A stretch of DNA of 64,000 nucleotides from the human T2T-CHM13v2.0 reference genome, Homo sapiens (GCF_009914755.1 NC_060925.1), one strand, 5' to 3'. Numbered from the stretch's first letter, positions 1 to 14,158 are shown. Notes: generated by a model from the sequence alone, not told the origin. Numbers and translations: made by a program.

Positions 1-9
1 TTTATTTAC

Positions 10-129
10 CACTTTGATGCTCCAAATGGCACTGCCAGGAAGCTGCCTGGGTTTAAAAATTTCCCGACCTCCTGAAATGTCTGGGGACCAGGAAGGTGGG
101 CTCACTGTATTATGGGTACTCCAAGCCTC
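10..129 (-). pseudogene. KMT2C: Duplicated (unprocessed) KMT2C/MLL3 coding exon (exon 15 by my recollection), part of a KMT2C partial paralog continuing left of the window
   Basis: The minus strand reads ...cctag|GAG GCT TGG...ATC AAA GTG|gtaaat: 120 nt, phase 0, AG at 130-131 and GT at 8-9. It translates to EAWSTHNTVSPPSWSPDISGGREIFKPRQLPGSAIWSIKV, matching recalled KMT2C GAWSTHNTVSPPSWSPDISEGREIFKPRQLPGSAIWSIKV with 2 substitutions. The large upstream KMT2C exon is absent from the window, which points to a partial paralog. Confidence 0.92.
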
Positions 130-1499
130 CTAGGATATGGCAGTTGAGAAAATAGATGTGTAAAACTCAGCAACATAAAAGGTCAAAGCCAGCAACTAAG
201 GAATTTTAGAACAGCAAAAACAAATGCAAACATATGGAAATTTAGGACAAATTGCTTCAAGGAAGGCAAAATAAGCTAATCACTAACAGTGATTTAAACA
301 TTTAAGTATAACAAATAACTTAAATGTTTGCTGCTACAGAGACATCACTACAATGAAACATTAAAAATTAAGGTTTATATGACATCAACATTGACTCATG
401 AACTGCAATTACTGCACCAAAAAGTAAATAAAAGTCAATCACACTTTAAGAATTAACACTAGAAGAAAGTATTGGGGGGTTATTTTTCTTCTAACAACTA
501 TCACTCTACTTAAAAGGAGAAATGGATAACCATAAGGAATTCTATATTCTATAGCTATAAACAACCAAAACCAGTAGGCCAAAGAATGCAATGAGAAACA
601 TAAGCAATAGATAAATGCATAAACTTTACACTGTAGAGAGCTGGTAACATTAAAATGCAAATACCATTATAATCTTAGCATTTAATCACTCTTTCTTCAG
701 TGACCATTAGTTGCCGGTTTGGTTTCGGTTTTTACTCAGGGAAATGAATACTTTATGGAAATTACATCCAATGGACAAAAGTGAAGAAACGTTAAAGCAA
801 ATTGTCCTAAATTTGCAAATTAAAATGCCTAAAGTACCTGATAAATTATATAGAAAGTAGTATCTTATTAAAATCTATATAACTAAAACTAAAGCATTTT
901 ACTTCCAAACAACCACATTCAGCAATACCCTGAACTAATCTGAAGATGCTAAACAGCATAAAGAAAAATGTTTACTCCACAAAGATAACATTTTAAAGAA
1001 AAACAAGACAAATGTCAAACAATACAAGGATATATTTTGAATTAGGTAATTCAATGGTGCATGCATAATTTTACCAATCAAGTAACCAAAACTTAAGACA
1101 AGGTACATAGTACTTACCAGGTTTCTAGAATATCATCAAATTAACAAGTACTATCTCATTAATCACATAAAAATACCACCAGGAATTAAAATAACCAGAA
1201 ATAAGAATGTGACTACTCTTGGGGTAAGAGATAGGTAACGGAATAACGGTATTTTGGAAAAGCCACACAAGCAATAGACTGGTTTCATTTTTAAGTCACA
1301 AACTCAACCCACACACATTGAAGTCCAGCAATTCAACTCATTCTCTCCAGCAAACACTTTATTTTTTTCCCCCTCCAGGATTACCCTCAGGTGTTCTTTC
1401 TTACCCATCAAATCTCTAACCTAGCTCAGGTAATCACTATGCTGATTTCACTGAGCAGCAACCACTGCAGGTCAATTACCTCACTTTCATAATTTCAAA

Positions 1500-2470
1500 T
1501 CAACTTGAATCTGTACCTATGTCTTCTTCCCTACTATTAGTAGGGAAGTGTTGTCAAAAGCCGTTTCTCTTTTCTCATTTTACTCATGCTCCTAACATCT
1601 GGCATACTGTTCTGCTGGATTTGGCAGCAGCCCACCTGTGGATAATTCACTGACTTCCTCGCTAATCTTTCTTCATCTCCTGTACGTGTTCTTCCTCTAT
1701 TTGACTTCCAAAGCCCTGGAGTTTCCCAGGGCTTGAGCCTAGATCCTAAATGGTGTTATCTACAATGAGGGCATCTTGCAAGTTGATGCTTCCCACATTC
1801 TTATTTCTAGTTTTAATCAAAGATCTCCAAATTAGCAGGATTTTCAACTTCCTCCTTAGCATTTCCATTTTCTCACATAAAACCCCTCTTAATTTTGCCA
1901 TGGTTAAAATTTCTCCCTTAACCGGTTTCATCCCAGTCTTCCCCATCCTTATAAATGGCATCCAGTCCCTTGTCACTCTCCTCTGCTCCTTCAGTCCTCT
2001 CCCCCAACACCTCGTCAATGCAAATCATCAGCAAATTCAAGACTTTTTATCTTCAAGTTTTGTCTCCGATCCTTCTGCTTCTTGTCACTTCCACCACTAG
2101 CAGCCCACTCGTGGCCACCACCATCTCTCACCTAACCTGCTACAAGAGTCTACTGCTGGTTATGCTTCTCCCACCCTGCATCTACTCAAGCCTTTCCCCA
2201 CAGCAGCCAGAGGAACTTTTCAAAAGTACAAATGTGATCAAGCAAGTCACTATTCTATTTCAAATCTTCAATTGCTTCTCAGAGCACTTAAAAGACAAAC
2301 CTTTCCCAGTGCCTTTCTCCAGCTCATCTTGTGGCACTTGTCTCCCTGCTGCTATGCTCCAGCTATTCTGGCTTCCTTGCTGTCCTTCAAACATGCCAAG
2401 CTCTTTATCAATCAGAGCCCAACTGACTCAGAACACTTCACTATACCATTCCAGCCCTTCAATAAATGTC
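1500..2470 (+). mobile_element. LINE-2 (L2a-like) 3' fragment
   Basis: Typical L2 motifs (ccacagcagccagaggaacttttcaaaagtacaaatgtgatca; ttcaataaatg at the end). The ORFs here are incidental. Confidence 0.7.
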
Positions 2471-2476
2471 TGGCAT

Positions 2477-2780
2477 TTTCTTTCTTTCTTTTTTTTTGAG
2501 ATGGAGTCTCGCTCTGTCACCCAGGCTAGAGTGCGGTGGTGCGATCTCGGCTCACTGCAACCTCTACCTCCCAGGTTCAAGCAATTCTCTTGCCTCAAGC
2601 CTCCTGAGTAGCTGGGATTACAGGCATGCACCACCACGTCCGGCTAATTTTTGTATTTTTAGTAGAGAAAGGTTGTCTCCAAGTTGCTCAGGCTGGTCTC
2701 CAACTCCCGACCTCAAGTGATCTGCCCACCTTAGCCTCCCAAAGTGCTGGGATTACAGGTGTGAACCACTGCGCTGGGCC
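2477..2780 (-). mobile_element. Alu (AluS-type), full length
   Basis: Poly-T, then gagatggagtctcgctctgtcacccaggct...cctcccaaagtgctgggattacaggtgtgaaccactgcgctgggcc. Confidence 0.95.
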
Positions 2781-3217
2781 AATATTATTTTTTTAAGAAA
2801 ATACTAATAAAAAGGAACAATTGATATTAAATAAAATTTAACTATTGACTATAAATATATGTTTCAAGAGATTTGAGTGAAAATACCATTCTACGTTAAA
2901 ATAAAAAATATAACATTCGATAACTATAGTAATAACATGTTCTCAAAGATTCAAGGGGCTAAAGCCAATGAGAAAAAGTTAAATATAAACATCTTACAAT
3001 TTACCTAATTACTTGAAATAGAAACTTATGTTCATTCCTGTATTTCTCCATTTTTCCAATTTCTAATGTCTACTTCTTTCCATTTTGTATTTTCTTGTAT
3101 TGAGGCAATTTAAAGAGGATATGCCAGGTCTTCAAAAAGCCAAGAACTGAACATAAGCACTCTGGAACCTACCTGAACTTAATTTTGTCCAAGATTTTTT
3201 TAATGGTTGAAAATTGG

Positions 3218-3516
3218 CTCAACTGGGGATACTAAGAGGAAATATCAGGGGCAAAGGGGATTTGGGTTAAACAGATCGAACAGGATTCTTACTGAAGGCA
3301 GGCCAGACTGATCAGAAATCATCTGGAGGGTGGTGGGAGATAACAAATTTGATCAGATATCAAAGGTGATCAGTACTGAGAGTGGGGGATTCTTTGCAAG
3401 TTTCTTCCTAAACCTGAGAGATGTGGGCCAGACTAGGATGAACACTGAAAGCTGAGGCTGAGAGGTGGCTTAGAGGATCCCAACTAGAGTTTGGGCAAGG
3501 GGAGAGGCTTTGTCAA
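3218..3516 (-). mobile_element. ERV1-class LTR fragment (MER31-like)
   Basis: Resembles 51260-51537 (actaagaggaaa.atcagg...gattctt.ctgaag..ggccag..tgatcaga.atca.ctg). Subfamily name is from recall. Confidence 0.5.
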
Positions 3517-4745
3517 TGCAAACATGCATTCAGCAATATTACCAAGTACAGATGCATGCACATAAAAATACTGAAAGGAAATATAAGAAAATGTTTAAAA
3601 ATTTTTAGTGGCTTATTTATTTTATGTAATTTAAATATATATATATATATATAAAATTAAGGTGTACTTTGAACACATACTAACACATTCAAAGAATTAA
3701 GTATACATTTGATAATACATAATAGTTACAAAATAAGCAAGGTCTTCATGCAAACGAGTTTAGAATTTCCAGGGTTTATTACTTAGCATTTGATCAGCAG
3801 GCCTGTAACTTCTTCTGCTGCCCATTCATTGCCCATTTTATTAAAAATTCCTCAAGTGGATGCATTGGAATGGAAGAAACACTGACTCTTTCCTTCAAAG
3901 AAGGAAACAACAAACCTTGTTTGACAACCCTGGTCAAACAAGACAAGGACCAAGTGGCCAGTGGTAAGGAAAGTTGGTCAAAACTAATGAATGACATTTT
4001 AGATTAAAAGTGAATTTTATTTAACCCAATTATTCTTATCCTATGCACACAAATTTGAATTTAAGTTAGCTTGATGTAGATGGTCACCCCATTCCAAAGC
4101 ATGAGTCCAAATACCCTAAGGTTCCAGAAGGAGCCAGCTTTCTTCAGAAGGTGGCAAGCGCATTGCAAAGTACTGAGGAAAACTTTCTTTAAAGTATCTT
4201 TTTTCATCATTCCATATTTTGCTCCTTATAATTGCAACTGCTCTCCTTATATGTCTCTTTTGAAACTTCTCACTTGTCTAAGGTGCTATTGTTCCTCCTC
4301 ATCTTTTTTTTTTTTTTTTAATAGCATAGTCTCTCTCCCTCCTTGCCATGCTGAAAAGGCTTCTGACTTGCTGTTCTTGCCAGGAAATATTTCTGCAGGG
4401 CGTATTGGAGTGGAACTACTTACAGAGTGTCAGGGCAAGTCCTTACATTTGTTTATGCTTAGGACACAACACAGAAGATAATTTTCTAAGTTAAAGATTG
4501 TATGATTTTATCTTGACTTCAGAAACTGGTCATACTTTTTTACTTTAGTTTCTAAGAACCTCAGAGCTGAACTTGAAACAACTTTAATAATTCCAATGAG
4601 ACATTTGTTATTTATCCTTTTTAAAAAAGACTTTTCTAATTTAAATAATTTTATTATTGCTCTAAATTTGCCAGGTTCATTTAAGAATTTTATAAACTGT
4701 TTTAAAACTAATTTACATTAAGTTGGAATAAAGTTAACCAAATTA

Positions 4746-4989
4746 ATACAAACATATTTTATTGCACTTCTCTTTATTGTGCTTCACAGATAGGAACATT
4801 TTTTCTTTATTTACAAATGAGATGTTTGTGACAACCCTGGTGAAGCAAGTCTATTGGTGCCATTTAACAAACAGCCTGTGCTCACTTTGTGTCTTGGTTT
4901 CACACTTTGGTAATCTTCACAATTTTTAAAATATTTCCTTATTATTATATTCGTTACGGTGATCTGTGATCAGTGATCATTAATGTTAT
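4746..4989 (+). mobile_element. Tigger1 DNA transposon, 5' fragment
   Basis: ttttattgcacttctctttattgtgcttcacagat...caagtctattggtgccattt...ggtgatctgtgatcagtgatc matches the recalled Tigger1 5' end. It is cut off by an Alu fragment. Confidence 0.75.
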
Positions 4990-5078
4990 GGGAGGCAGAG
5001 TTTGCAGTGAGCAGAGATCATGCCAGTGCACTCCAACCTGGGCAACAGAGTGAGACTCCATCTCAAAAAAAAAAAAAA
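4990..5078 (+). mobile_element. Alu 3' fragment with poly-A
   Basis: gggaggcagagtttgcagtgagcagagatcatgcc...gactccatctc followed by an A-run. Confidence 0.9.
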
Positions 5079-7664
5079 GGAGTTTTTATATGTAGGGTAC
5101 AAAATACTATCTGACCTTAGGGTGTGTGCAAATTTTTCTGAATTAATTAAGACTTAAATACCAACAGGAGTGATTGTTTTTGTTACAATCACCAGGTGGG
5201 TGATCTGATACTTTCCCCTGAAAAATGCATATACAAAATTTTCACATAATTTAAAAACATCCACAGATGCATAGCTATGGATTCAGTTTATGGATCAAGA
5301 ATTCAACTCCTCAGAAGTAAAAGATTACATGAGAAAGTATCTGATATTGAGGTGACAAGGAATAATGTTGAAATGTATCTCATTAAAAAGTGCGGACAGT
5401 TGTGGCTAAGATATTGGGTATTACAGAGGTGCATCCATGTGTCCAGTGAGAAGACTTTAAGAATCTGTTTGGGAATAATGAGAACATGAGCATTCTCCTC
5501 CCTACCTCTAGCACTCCCCTCCTGCTATTTGGGTATTGTGAATTTACCAAACACAGTGATTTAGGTCACTTTTATTATTTCAGAAATTCCAGATACCTTA
5601 CTACTTATATAAAATAGCCCTTGAAAGGATGCTTACCATTAAATAATGTATAATACAAAGAAAAGACAAATGTATGTGATCTGTAGTGCACAGTTATAAT
5701 ACAATCTGAATACTACATTTAAATTTTTCACTCCACTTTCCAAGAAATAAAGCATTGATTCTAAATATATTATCTATTTGTCAAAACAAATAGAAACTAT
5801 CTAGTGTTTCATTTATAAAAGAAATTAATTAATGGTGTCTCTAAGTTAATTTTTTACTTCTTTTCCCCATATCATTTTTATATTATATGAGAGCATATTT
5901 TTCTACTCTACCCTGGAATTAATAAACAAAAAATAAGGTATGATAAGAAAACTTCAAATATAAACATAACCAAACTAAAATAACACCTTTTTTCTTCTAT
6001 TTACTTTATTTCTTGAACTCAGTGATGTAATATGTCTTCATCTGCCTCTGAGAATACACTTAAAACTACAGAAGCAAATTAACATTTTCCCAATTCACAT
6101 GTAGTGCAATATTTAAGATTTCATCTAATTGAACACGTGTTGGATCAAATTTATAATACTAAAAGCACTCTTCTACATACTGCAATGTCTAGATGGAAGA
6201 CAAGCTAGTCAGGTGGCAGAGTGAACATCATTCTGGTAGGCCTTTTCAAGCTGTCACTTGCAAGATGTTTGGACTGCTGAGAATGTTAGCCATAATTAAT
6301 TGCAGAGATAGGAGGCTGCAAATGGGTGAGGTAATGTTCAAATGCATGGAATGATGACTAGTCATAGTAAAAGATAATAGATGTGGCCACATTGCTTTGA
6401 GAAAATTTAGAGAATATTTTGGGTCACAATGATACATTTCTGCATTATTTGTGGAATGTTTTCAATGTAATTACATCACACAGGTAGACTTCCAGATCCT
6501 GTGTCTAACTTACTTTCCTTGGCTCTGTGGGAGAACACATATTCTAATGAAGTTCATTTTAAGGCAAATATTTCTTGAAAATACAAAACTGATAGATATA
6601 TGTATGCAGGTTTCCTTCTTATACGTCTTTTATAAACAATGAAGTTGTATTTCTCCTTTAGTGTTTAATGTGTTTCATCAGATAATGCCCTAGAAGTTTT
6701 ATCAAATTTTTCTGTCTACCATTTGAAGATGTATGAGAGGGAAAAAATGCAGTCTGCCTGCTTCACTAACAAAAGTAGGACAAAGGCCATCACAACTGAA
6801 ATATGTGAAACACTTGGTTTTATGAATTTCAAGCATTTTATATCTCTACATTTGGACTCGAGTAAAGACATTTCATAGAAAAACTGAAATATTTTTATTT
6901 GTTTATTTTTTAATCTTGATAACCTGCAATAGTTTACAGCCAGAATGGCAGCTTTTATATATGTACACTCATTTAAATACAGTTTCATACCGTAAATAGC
7001 CATGGGGCAAAATATCTGCCTCTAGGCACAAAAAAAAAAATCTTTGCCGCTAAATAAACACCTTTAAGTGATACTGCAAAGAATAGATATGAGGTAATTT
7101 TTTACCTAAATGACTCTGGCCTGTATTAAGACATATTCACTGTAACAATTCAAGTTTTAAAATCCTTGTTTTGTAACTCAAAAATATATCTTTTTTACAA
7201 AACACATCTTTACATTTATTGCTATTGTACATTTATTTGGCAGGAAACAGGGATGTTTGATGTCTTGCAATGATAAAGCGATCGTATTCAATAGAAAATT
7301 GTCTCACATTCTGCAAGACTTTTGAACATTCTATAAGACAATTACATAAGTGAAAAACAAATTTGTAGATATTTGAGTACAACCATTTAATATATGAATA
7401 AAAGCAGTTCAGAACATTTTAATGTACACTGCATTTTCTGATAGTAAGATTTTAGGTTAAAATAAGATTATACTTCAAAAAGTGTACCATTTTGAAAAAA
7501 AAATCATATCACTGCTGGCAATGCCATTTTCATACTAGTCCAACATATTGCTTATCCATCTGTGTTTGTTTGATTTTACTGTTATTACTTTATGATAATG
7601 CTAAAGTACATACATACACACACACACACACACCTAAGGTGTGCAGGCTTTCATCCAAGCTTAC

Positions 7665-8085
7665 TGGTATTAATTAAAAATCAACCAGAGGTAGGGAAAA
7701 ATAAAACTTATTCAAAAATACTATTGCAATAGGGAGAATATTCCAAACTCAATCTACAGGTGTCTCAGGATCAAACAGGAAAAGGCTTTCCTTTTCTAGG
7801 GAAGGACAAGCAGGGCTGGCAGAAGCCTCCTTGGAGAGAAGAACAGGCAGTGGGGTGAGCAGGTGGCAAAACCAGGATGCTCCAATAAAAATAGTTTCTC
7901 TGGGAGTCCCGCTCATTTTTGGAGTGAGCTGTTAGCGGGCTGGTCTGTCCTTTAGTGCTTGTTCAGTCTTAGGTGGTGAGCCAAGGTCCAGGGGCCTGAG
8001 GAGAGGAGACAAGACTGTCTGAAGTTTGATAAAATCAAGTCAATGGGTAGTTATGAGTAATTGTGAGCAATTGGTCAGCTTTGGG
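7665..8085. mobile_element. Probable ERV LTR remnant (MER67-like)
   Basis: aaacttattcaaaaatactattgcaatagggaga and a more GC-balanced composition, typical of MER4-group LTRs. Not confirmed. Confidence 0.35.
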
Positions 8086-8337
8086 CTCAGCACACACCCC
8101 ACCTTATGTTGTTTACCACAAACAAAACTTGTCCCTAAAAATTTTTAGGAATGGCATCAGATATAGCGAAGGTTTGCAAACTGATTTTCAGGGTTGGGCT
8201 GGTCTTCATGTGTTTGTTAACCTTGAGGACTAGGTATATCATTTGTTAAGTGTGTTATTGGACTGACAGCTGCTCTCTATGAAAAGTAGAATAATCATTG
8301 AATATAATAAAAAGAATAATTATTGAAGGTTGGATAA

Positions 8338-9170
<833 letters not shown>

Positions 9171-9399
9171 ATTTTAAAAAAATTCAGACTTAGTGTGAGC
9201 TGGAGCTTTTCTCCCTTCTCCAGCCTCTTCCTTTCACCCTTCACCCAGCATCCCGCCCCTGTCCAGAGAGAAACAGCAGGAGGGCTTGCCCTTTCTATCT
9301 CACCGCACTCACTCCCCAGCCTGAGGAAAGCCGGGGGAACTAGGGGCAGGAGTTCTGGTTTCTCATCTCAGGTCCATCAGACTCTGGGTGACAGCTAGC

Positions 9400-9600
9400 A
9401 GAGCCCTAGCCCTCTCGGTGCCTCAGTTTCCCCACCTTGCCATTAAAAGAGTCCCTTGGTAGGTGAGCTCTTCTAGCCTTCTCATATAACTCTGAATTCT
9501 GTGGGCTGGGGTGGGATTATAAATCCCATTTTGCAGATGTAGAAACTGAGGCCAAGAGAAATGAAATGGTTTGAGGCCACACTGCTAGATTTTGGTGGAA
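9400..9600. mobile_element. MIR fragments (inside the retrocopy 3' UTR)
   Basis: cctcagtttcccc and cccattttgcagatgtagaaactgaggcc are MIR core motifs. Confidence 0.6.
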
Positions 9601-9741
9601 GCAGGCCTTGAACGCAGCGGACTTTCTGTAGTTTCAGCCTCTAAAACCCAGTGTCCTCTCTGAGTTCCATTTTCAGGCCCCTCACTACATTCACACATCA
9701 CTGCTTGCCAAGACCTCTCCTCAACCACCATCTTATCAAAG

Positions 9742-9950
9742 GTGACAAGAGTCACCTTTGCTCCAGTTCCCAGCAAGTTCCTCATCTCCATCAGAGACTG
9801 CCTCAGCATGGATTTCATTGTCCATATCATTATCAGCATTTTGGTCAAAGCCATTCAACAAGTCTCTTGGAATTTCAAACTTTCCCACATTTTCCTGTCT
9901 TCTGAGACCTGCAAATTGTTCAACCTCTGCCAGTTACCCAGCTCCAAAGT
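9742..9950 (-). mobile_element. THE1/MST (MaLR) internal-region fragment
   Basis: acaagagtcacctttgctccagttcccagcaagttcctcatctccatc...ttggtcaaagccattcaacaagtctc is a recalled THE1-int signature. Confidence 0.8.
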
Positions 9951-10110
9951 AGCTGGGATTACAGGCACACACCACCACACCCGGCTGATTTTTGTATTTT
10001 TAGTTTCATCATGTTGGCCAGGCTGGTCTTGAACTCTCGACCTCAGGTGACCCTCCCCCCCTTGGCCTCTCAAAGTGCTGGGATTACAGGTGTGAGCCAT
10101 TGCGCCTGGC
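9942..10110 (-). mobile_element. Alu fragment (left arm and linker)
   Basis: gtagctgggattacaggcacac...ctcgacctcaggtga...gagccattgcgcctggc. Confidence 0.9.
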
Positions 10111-11599
10111 TGCTGCTCCTTTTTTTTTTTGTGATGGACCTGGGAGATCTTTAGGAATGAGGGAAATGATCCTTTCTTTGAATAAGGCAGAATACTAAAG
10201 ACTAGCCAGCCCTCAGGCTCATGGTGGTTGCTGCTATTCTGTTGAATGTGAACCATAGCCTTTAGAAAGGAGCAAGTCTTTGTGGAATACACAGGATTTG
10301 AAGTGCAACAAAGGGGTGGAAACCCAGCTGACCATGATACCTTCAAGTGAGTTTTTCCACTGAATTTGATTATTTTCCCATTTGGCACTTCTTTCTGGGT
10401 TTTTTAAGCAGCCCAAAAACTCTAGGTGATTTTACTTTTGTAATTGTATTCTCTTGGGAATGCTCATTCCTGATTCCTCGTTTCACCAAATAGGTGTGGA
10501 ACCTGCTTGTTTCTGCCTATAATAATTCTGGAGTCTTTAAACAAAACGACTGTGACTTTTCATGATGAGTAGAAGATAGATTTTACTCATGCTACAATCA
10601 ATATTAATTCCTTGCAGTTCAAAGACACTGAGGCCTTGTCTAATAATATAGAAGTTGAACTTGGACTTGGGAGATGACTCCTGCCTCTCGTCCTCTCTGT
10701 GGCTCTGCTTTCTATTATTTTACTCATAAGCTTGTTTTGTCTCCTTGCTGAGAATTGTCAAACATGAAATGTAATTTCAGGCTATAGTGAAGAAAGATGA
10801 CGTAGGCAGAAGAAATTGGCAATCATTTGGCCTGTACGTGTTGCTTTTTGTTTTTTTTTCTGGACTTAGGATATAGACCACACCTTGACATTTCTGGCCT
10901 TTGAGTCTTTCACAACTGTGATTATAATACATTAGCTCTTCTAGAAGTTAGAAGTGACTTTGGATTAAGTCTTTCATAAGGTGGCTAAATGAATTTATAT
11001 GGCTCATCACAATTCACTAGATTGGATAAGCAGGAAGTTTACAGAGATTTTTTTCTTTGCTGTAAATGTTTTTCTAAATTGAAAAACTTCTATTACTGTC
11101 TTCTGGAGTACTAGAAATAAGTGCAAGTGATTGTTTTTGGCAGGAGGCCACATAAACATTTCTGCTTCTCTGTGCCTTATGGGTAGCATTGATATACATT
11201 GTTAAAAATAATGATTGTAGATAGATAATGTATCAGAATTTGGGCTCACCTGCGGTAGCTGCTGTTGACCCAGAGGGACCACTGGGATCCTCACATCTCA
11301 GGGCAGCACATCGTTTGCAGCAATGGTTGGTTCTACGCAACCTTTTATGAAATTAGGTGAGGCCCTTGCTTAGAATTTTTTAAAAGCTTAATATGAGTTT
11401 ATATCTCTTTAAATATCAGTTTCTAATATTTTTTTAAAGGCCTATGTTTACAACAAATTTAGGAGATACCTTTATGCACTACTAACTAGTGTTCTTTTGT
11501 GGTGCTTTAGAAATTCTGGCTTACTTGTATTTTTGCTGGCCTTCTAATGATTTCACTCATCAATCAGAAGATATTTGTGTCCACCTCCCTGCTTCCTCT

Positions 11600-13760
11600 C
11601 CGGTGATCTTGTCTATTCTTGGCCATTTTAGAGTTGACTTAGCAGCCTTCACAAAACTGATTGGAATTTCCACTGGGATTAAATTGATAGGTCATTTTTG
11701 GGAGAACTTTGCAATATTGAACTTTCCAATCCATGAACTTTACTTATCTGCCCATTTATTATGTTTGTTTTTGGTAGATTACAAAATTATATGATCACTC
11801 CAAAAATTACCTTACCCTTTATAGTAAAACCTTCCATTGTAAACTTCTGGCAATAACTGATCTGTGTTCCTCTGGCATTGCTTTTTTTTCAGAATTTTAT
11901 ACAAATGGAATCGTTCAGGATGTAGCCTTTTGAGTCTGGCTACTTTCATATACTGCATCAACAGTTATTCCTTTTAATTGCCAAATAGTAATCCATTGTA
12001 TAAATACTACATGGTTTGCTTATTGGTTTGTCATTGGAGGAATATGGACTATTTTCACTTTTTGATAAATTATAAGTGGATTGGAATTCACAAAGTGCTT
12101 TTTGTCTGAGCATAGGTTTTCATTTCACTTGTGCAAATGCCTAAGGGTAGGATTGCCGAGTCACATGGTCCATGTACGTTTGACTTTATCAGAACCTGCC
12201 AAATTGTCTTCCAAAGTGCTGTGCCACTTCTGTTTCTTTAATAAATACAGGGGTATTCAAGCTGTCTGTTTCTTCTTGAGTTTCGGTAGTCTGTCTTTCA
12301 AGGAATTGATCTATTTCACCTAATTTGTAGAATTTAGAAGCATATAGTTGTTTGTTTTGTTTTTGTAGTGTCCATTCTAGCCTTCTAGTGTCTACAGGAT
12401 TTGTAATAATATTCCTTTCATTTCTGGTATTGGTAATTTGTGTTTTATCTTCTTCCTTTGTCAGTCTGCTAGAGGCTTCCTCATTTGATTGACTTCCACC
12501 TCCCACCGCCCTTGCAAAGAACCAACTTTGGATTTCGTTGAATTTTTTTCCTTTACTGTTTTTGTTTAAATATTACTGATTTAGTCTGTTTTTCTTATGC
12601 CTGATTTGAGTTTATTTGGTTCTTTTTTTACTTAAAGTAAATGCTTACATTATTGATTTGATGCTTCATTTCTCATAATTTAGTGCCATAAATTGCCCTG
12701 TAAGCACATATTTTGATAAGATGATGTCATATTTATTAAGTTCAAACTGTTTTCCAATTTGTCTTAAGATACTCTCTTTGACCTATGGGCCATTTAGAAG
12801 TATGCCATTTAACTTCTCATATTTGGGGATGTTCTAGAAATGTTCTAGATTCCTAGTTTAATTCTGTCATCAGAGAAAATAATTCACTGAATTTTAATTG
12901 TTTAACTTTAGGGTTTGTTTTATGACCCAGAATATGATCTCTCACCACCACCATCCAGATAATTCTTCAGGTTTTGACGTTTCCCAACCTGTCTGCTGGT
13001 TACTTTTCAGAGTACTTGGGTCATTGCTATTTATATTTTGTCCAGAGTTTCAAATTGTGATCAGTGGAAATGACAGGCCGTAGCATGCATACGCCATCCT
13101 GGCCAGCATCACAGGCGGTCAGCATATCTTTCTGTTGTTGTTTTGAGACAGGGTCTCACTCTGTTGCCCAGGCTGGAGCACAGTGGCATGATCAGGGATC
13201 ACTGCATTCTCAACCTGCTAGGCTCAAGTGATCCTCCCACCTCAGCCTCCCGAATAGCTGGGTCTATAGGTGTGCTGCCATGCCCAGCTAATTTTTGTAT
13301 TTTTTATAAAGACGTGATTTTGCCTTGTTGCCCAGGCTGGTCTCAAACTCCTGAGCTCAGGCCATCCTCTCACTCGGGCCTCCCAAAATACTAGGATTAT
13401 AGGCATGACCACCACACCTGGCCAGTACATCTTAAAAATAATTGCTGATCCACGTTGAATAATGATGGCCTGTAAATATTTTCTCTTGCACTTGCCTTGT
13501 TGGGTTTTGATATCAAGGTTATTTTTATTTTAACCTTGTAAAATGAACTCGGGAGTCTTCTTTTTTTATTCTCTGTGTTGGTGGCAGAGTTTTTTTTGTT
13601 GTTGTTGTTTGGTTGGTTGGTTTGTTTCTCTTGTATGTTTCATGGAACTTTTTGGTGAAGGCACTTGGGCCTGGAAATTTCTTTATGGGAAGTTTTTTCA
13701 TTACTGATTCAATATATTTAATCTATGTAAGTTTTTTTTCTACTTTTTGAGTCAATTTTG
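11600..13760 (-). mobile_element. Old L1 (L1M-type) fragments, interrupted by an Alu
   Basis: The minus ORF 12189-12506 (DKTQITNTRNER...YASKFYKLGEIDQFLE) is an L1 ORF2 remnant. L1M 3' UTR motifs occur at 11850-12230. Confidence 0.75.
13135..13423 (-). mobile_element. Alu (AluJ-type)
   Basis: gagacagggtctcactctgttgcccaggctgg...ggctcaagtgatcctcccacctcagcc is AluJ-like. Confidence 0.9.
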
Positions 13761-13788
13761 ATTTTTTTCCTAGAAATTCATATCTCAC

Positions 13789-14028
13789 CAAGTATGGTGG
13801 CTTATGCTTGTAATCCCAGCACTTTGGGAGGCTCAGGTGGGAGGACCACTTGACTACAGTAGTTCAAGACCAGCCTGGGCAATATAGTGAGACTCCATCT
13901 CTACAAAAAAAATAAAAATTAGCTTGGTGTGGTGGTGGGTGCCTGTAGTGTGAGCTACTTGGGATGCTGAGGTGGGAGGATCATTTGAGCCTGGAAGGTC
14001 GAGACTGCAGTGAGCTGTGATTGTGCCT
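13789..14028 (+). mobile_element. Alu (AluJ-type), 3'-truncated
   Basis: ggtggcttatgcttgtaatcccagcactttgggagg...gcagtgagctgtgattgtgcc, then an abrupt stop with no poly-A. Confidence 0.9.
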
Positions 14029-14158
14029 TCTTCCTTCCCCCTCCTCCTCCTTTTTACTTTTCTTCCTCTTCCTTTCTCTTCTTCTTTCTCTCCTTCATTA
14101 TCCCTTTCGCTGTTTCTCTTTCTCCCTTTCTCTTTTTTCTTTTCTTTCAATTTTCTCA
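14029..14158 (+). repeat. CT-rich polypyrimidine low-complexity tract
   Basis: ~130 nt of almost only C and T. Confidence 0.9.

Noticed and set aside
1750-2720. ORFs of 116-218 aa
   Set aside because: They lie in L2 and Alu sequence, and those running into the Alu end in generic Alu-derived peptides.
3797-3963. Exon-like plus-strand segment ending in gtaagg
   Set aside because: Weak acceptor context, no protein similarity I recognise, and no partner exons.
4424-4457. Possible 34-nt minus-strand micro-exon (cctaag|...tct|gtaagt) inside the proposed chimeric intron
   Set aside because: Including it would break the KMT2C frame at either acceptor, and such motifs occur by chance. It cannot be supported without RNA data.
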